Origin: a virus
DNA: 41,036 bases
IMG/VR virus record: IMGVR_UViG_3300029612_000018
Reading direction: 5' to 3' (one strand)
Shown: one piece after another, positions 40,563-41,036 of the stretch
Layout: each line of letters starts with the position of its first letter
Numbering within the stretch: the stretch's first letter is position 1
Translations under genes and position numbers: made by a program
Notes under the pieces: model-generated
What the model was told of the DNA's origin: nothing
Seen by the model: the letters and a program-made list of their open reading frames with translations, nothing else
Database searches by the model: none

Positions 40563-41036
40563 ATGAGTCAAAAAAAAGACTTGAAAGGACAGCAGACAGA
40601 ATTAAATGAGCAAAAAGTGATTGACTGGGTGCAAATTAAAGCTGAATATATCAGCGGCACAATGTCTGCTTCAAAACTTGCCGAAAAGCACGGAGTGAGC
40701 GTGTATGCCATACGAAAAAGGTCGGGGAAAGAACGCTGGCAGGAGCTGAGGAAGCAGAATCAGAGTGAAACCGCAAACAAAATAGCCAAGAAAATCAACA
40801 CAGAGAAAGTGAAGAAAACCGTCAGAGAGATTGACAGGGTTGTGGCCGTTGCCTCAAAACTCATCACAAAGCTGAACAGAGCCGTTAATGAGCTTGACAA
40901 GGACGAGGAACTCATCAAGAAGAAAGTAACGGTTAAAGCCGAAAAAAGCGAAGATGAGAAAACCGCAACAGCGGAAGAAGAATACAGCTACGATTATGCT
41001 AAACGCAAGACACTTGTAAACACAAAGCGTGCAGCG
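40563..41036 (+). CDS. terS: terminase small subunit, N-terminal part (continues at base 100 after the 99-bp overlap)
   Basis: ATG behind AAAGGCGGTGAG. The HTH-like block ISGTMSASKLAEKHGVSVYAIRKRSGKERWQELR is typical of phage small terminases. The frame is open to the window end. Confidence 0.8.
   Translation, partial: MSQKKDLKGQQTELNEQKVIDWVQIKAEYISGTMSASKLAEKHGVSVYAIRKRSGKERWQELRKQNQSETANKIAKKINTEKVKKTVREIDRVVAVASKLITKLNRAVNELDKDEELIKKKVTVKAEKSEDEKTATAEEEYSYDYAKRKTLVNTKRAA
40938..41036. repeat. second copy of the 99-bp terminal repeat
   Basis: Identical to bases 1-99. Confidence 0.95.

Noticed and set aside
1-41036. Genome-wide stop-codon reassignment (TGA or TAG as sense)
   Set aside because: All large genes are intact under the standard code. 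TGA ends several genes at classical ATGA or GTGA coupling overlaps. Reading through those TGAs runs into further stops quickly. Only one ORF (34950-35171) shows an internal TGA.
1-41036. Retron, DGR, CBASS or other recognisable defence cassettes
   Set aside because: No ORF in the window shows reverse-transcriptase, cyclase or Cas-like motifs. The only classical accessory module is the RelE/ParE pair.

Overview
The window is one complete temperate tailed-phage genome. Bases 1-99 are identical to 40938-41036 and the small-terminase ORF reads through that junction, so the unit is about 40.94 kb and circular or circularly permuted.

Layout:
- 40.5 kb wrapping to 27.6 kb (+ strand): virion and lysis genes. 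These are terS, terL, portal, a Prp-like cysteine protease, scaffold, HK97-type capsid, connector, a 673-aa tail-hub candidate, two Q/N/Y-rich paralogs, one ~3,582-codon ORF, a beta-helix tail spike, holin and a GH25 endolysin. There are no tape-measure, tube or sheath genes, so the virion module looks podovirus-like.
- 27.6-30.3 kb: an attP-like region built around a tRNA acceptor/T-arm minihelix, then on the minus strand a tyrosine integrase, a truncated Mrr-like nuclease remnant, a RelE/ParE toxin-antitoxin pair and a CI-like repressor.
- 30.3-40.4 kb (+ strand): a cro-like gene and early genes, including HTH proteins, paralog arrays, a ParB-like protein, YopX and an HUH rolling-circle Rep-like protein.

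Strong AGGAGG-type ribosome-binding sites, the Prp-like gene and the GH25 plus PG-binding endolysin suggest a Firmicutes host.

Most notable observations:
1. The giant multi-domain 'polyvalent' virion ORF.
2. An 18-mer (CCGATACCACATTACAGG) present six times, always just upstream of and co-oriented with a gene.
3. A minus-strand unit inside the early operon with a near-consensus promoter, a palindromic operator and a bidirectional terminator.
4. A 15-nt motif with fixed spacing to a -10 hexamer in front of the three late operons.
5. A shared N-terminal leader on scaffold and capsid next to the Prp-like protease.
6. A zinc-ribbon ORF split by one in-frame TGA.

All family names come from motif recognition by eye. 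No database search or structure prediction was possible.
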